From Actinomycetota bacterium (GTDB lineage Bacteria; Actinomycetota; Thermoleophilia; Miltoncostaeales; Miltoncostaeaceae): DNA of 24,000 nt. The translations under genes were made by a program, and so were the position numbers. Each line of letters opens with the position of its first letter. Position 1 is the stretch's first letter. Positions 23,860 to 24,000 of this stretch are shown here, in pieces. Where the stretch lies: assembly GCA_020636905.1 (NCBI GenBank), contig JACJWX010000006.1, forward strand, positions 22,651-46,650, in the 5' to 3' direction. The notes beneath the pieces are model-generated. The model was not told the DNA's origin and made no database searches. It worked only from the letters and a program-made list of their open reading frames with translations.

Positions 23860-24000
23860 CCGGCGCGACGCTGATCGTGATCGCCTCGCTGATCGTGATG
23901 GTCGCGGTGGCCATCAGCATCGAGGGGCGCTCGCCCGGCGCACGCGAGATCGCGTTGGTGGGAGCCCTGGCCGCCGTCGCCGCCGCCGGGCGGGTGCTCA
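23856..24000 (+). CDS. Membrane protein, probable ECF substrate-capture (S) component (3' end outside window)
   Basis: The GTG at 23856 forms a GTGA overlap with the ATPase stop. My translation, VTGATLIVIASLIVMVAVAISIEGRSPGAREIALVGALAAVAAAGRVL, is hydrophobic. The S-component assignment rests on operon position only. Confidence 0.5.
   Translation, partial: MTGATLIVIASLIVMVAVAISIEGRSPGAREIALVGALAAVAAAGRVL

Noticed and set aside
1-24000. CRISPR arrays, IS elements/transposases, toxin-antitoxin pairs or known defence systems
   Set aside because: I saw no regularly spaced repeats, no terminal inverted repeats with a transposase, and no nuclease-, helicase- or methylase-type ORFs in any frame by eye. 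A repeat finder and a defence-system HMM scan would be needed to exclude them formally.

Overview
Very GC-rich segment (about 70% or more by eye, not computed) that looks like actinobacterial chromosome. The six-frame track is dominated by long stop-free shadow ORFs. I therefore called genes from conserved motifs, third-position GC and start/stop overlaps, not from ORF length.

Layout:
1. nt 1-10453: an ABC-transporter-dependent surface-glycan locus. It has seven GT4-type glycosyltransferases (one with a DUF1972 N-terminus), divergently arranged wzm and wzt, and a lone rmlC.
2. nt 10577-12888: a Hanks Ser/Thr kinase whose extracellular domain looks discoidin/F5-8-type-C-like. Divergent from it is an OmpR-family response regulator that reads through three frames (two -1 shifts in the linker).
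3. nt 13014-13337: tRNA-Tyr(GTA), tRNA-Thr(GGT) and tRNA-Met(CAT), followed by a terminator.
4. nt 13494-17192: a translationally coupled operon of a CPA1 Na+/H+ antiporter, an RmlD-like reductase and two crcB genes.
5. nt 17364-20574: a secreted DUF11-repeat protein, an Hsp15-like S4 protein, a roughly 200-aa tyrosine recombinase with no N-terminal domain, and a divergent hypothetical protein with an internal 201-bp-period repeat and a PAS-like C-terminus.
6. nt 20588-24000: a cobalamin riboswitch driving a DUF4430 lipoprotein plus an ECF-type transporter (T component, fused A-A' ATPase, start of a probable S component).

I saw no CRISPR array, transposase or recognisable defence system, and I cannot point to a clearly novel system.

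Most worth follow-up:
- the kinase ectodomain next to the glycan locus
- the doubly frameshifted regulator
- the small recombinase and repeat/PAS protein pair
- the antiporter-reductase-Fluc operon
- the lipoprotein-assisted, B12-regulated ECF module
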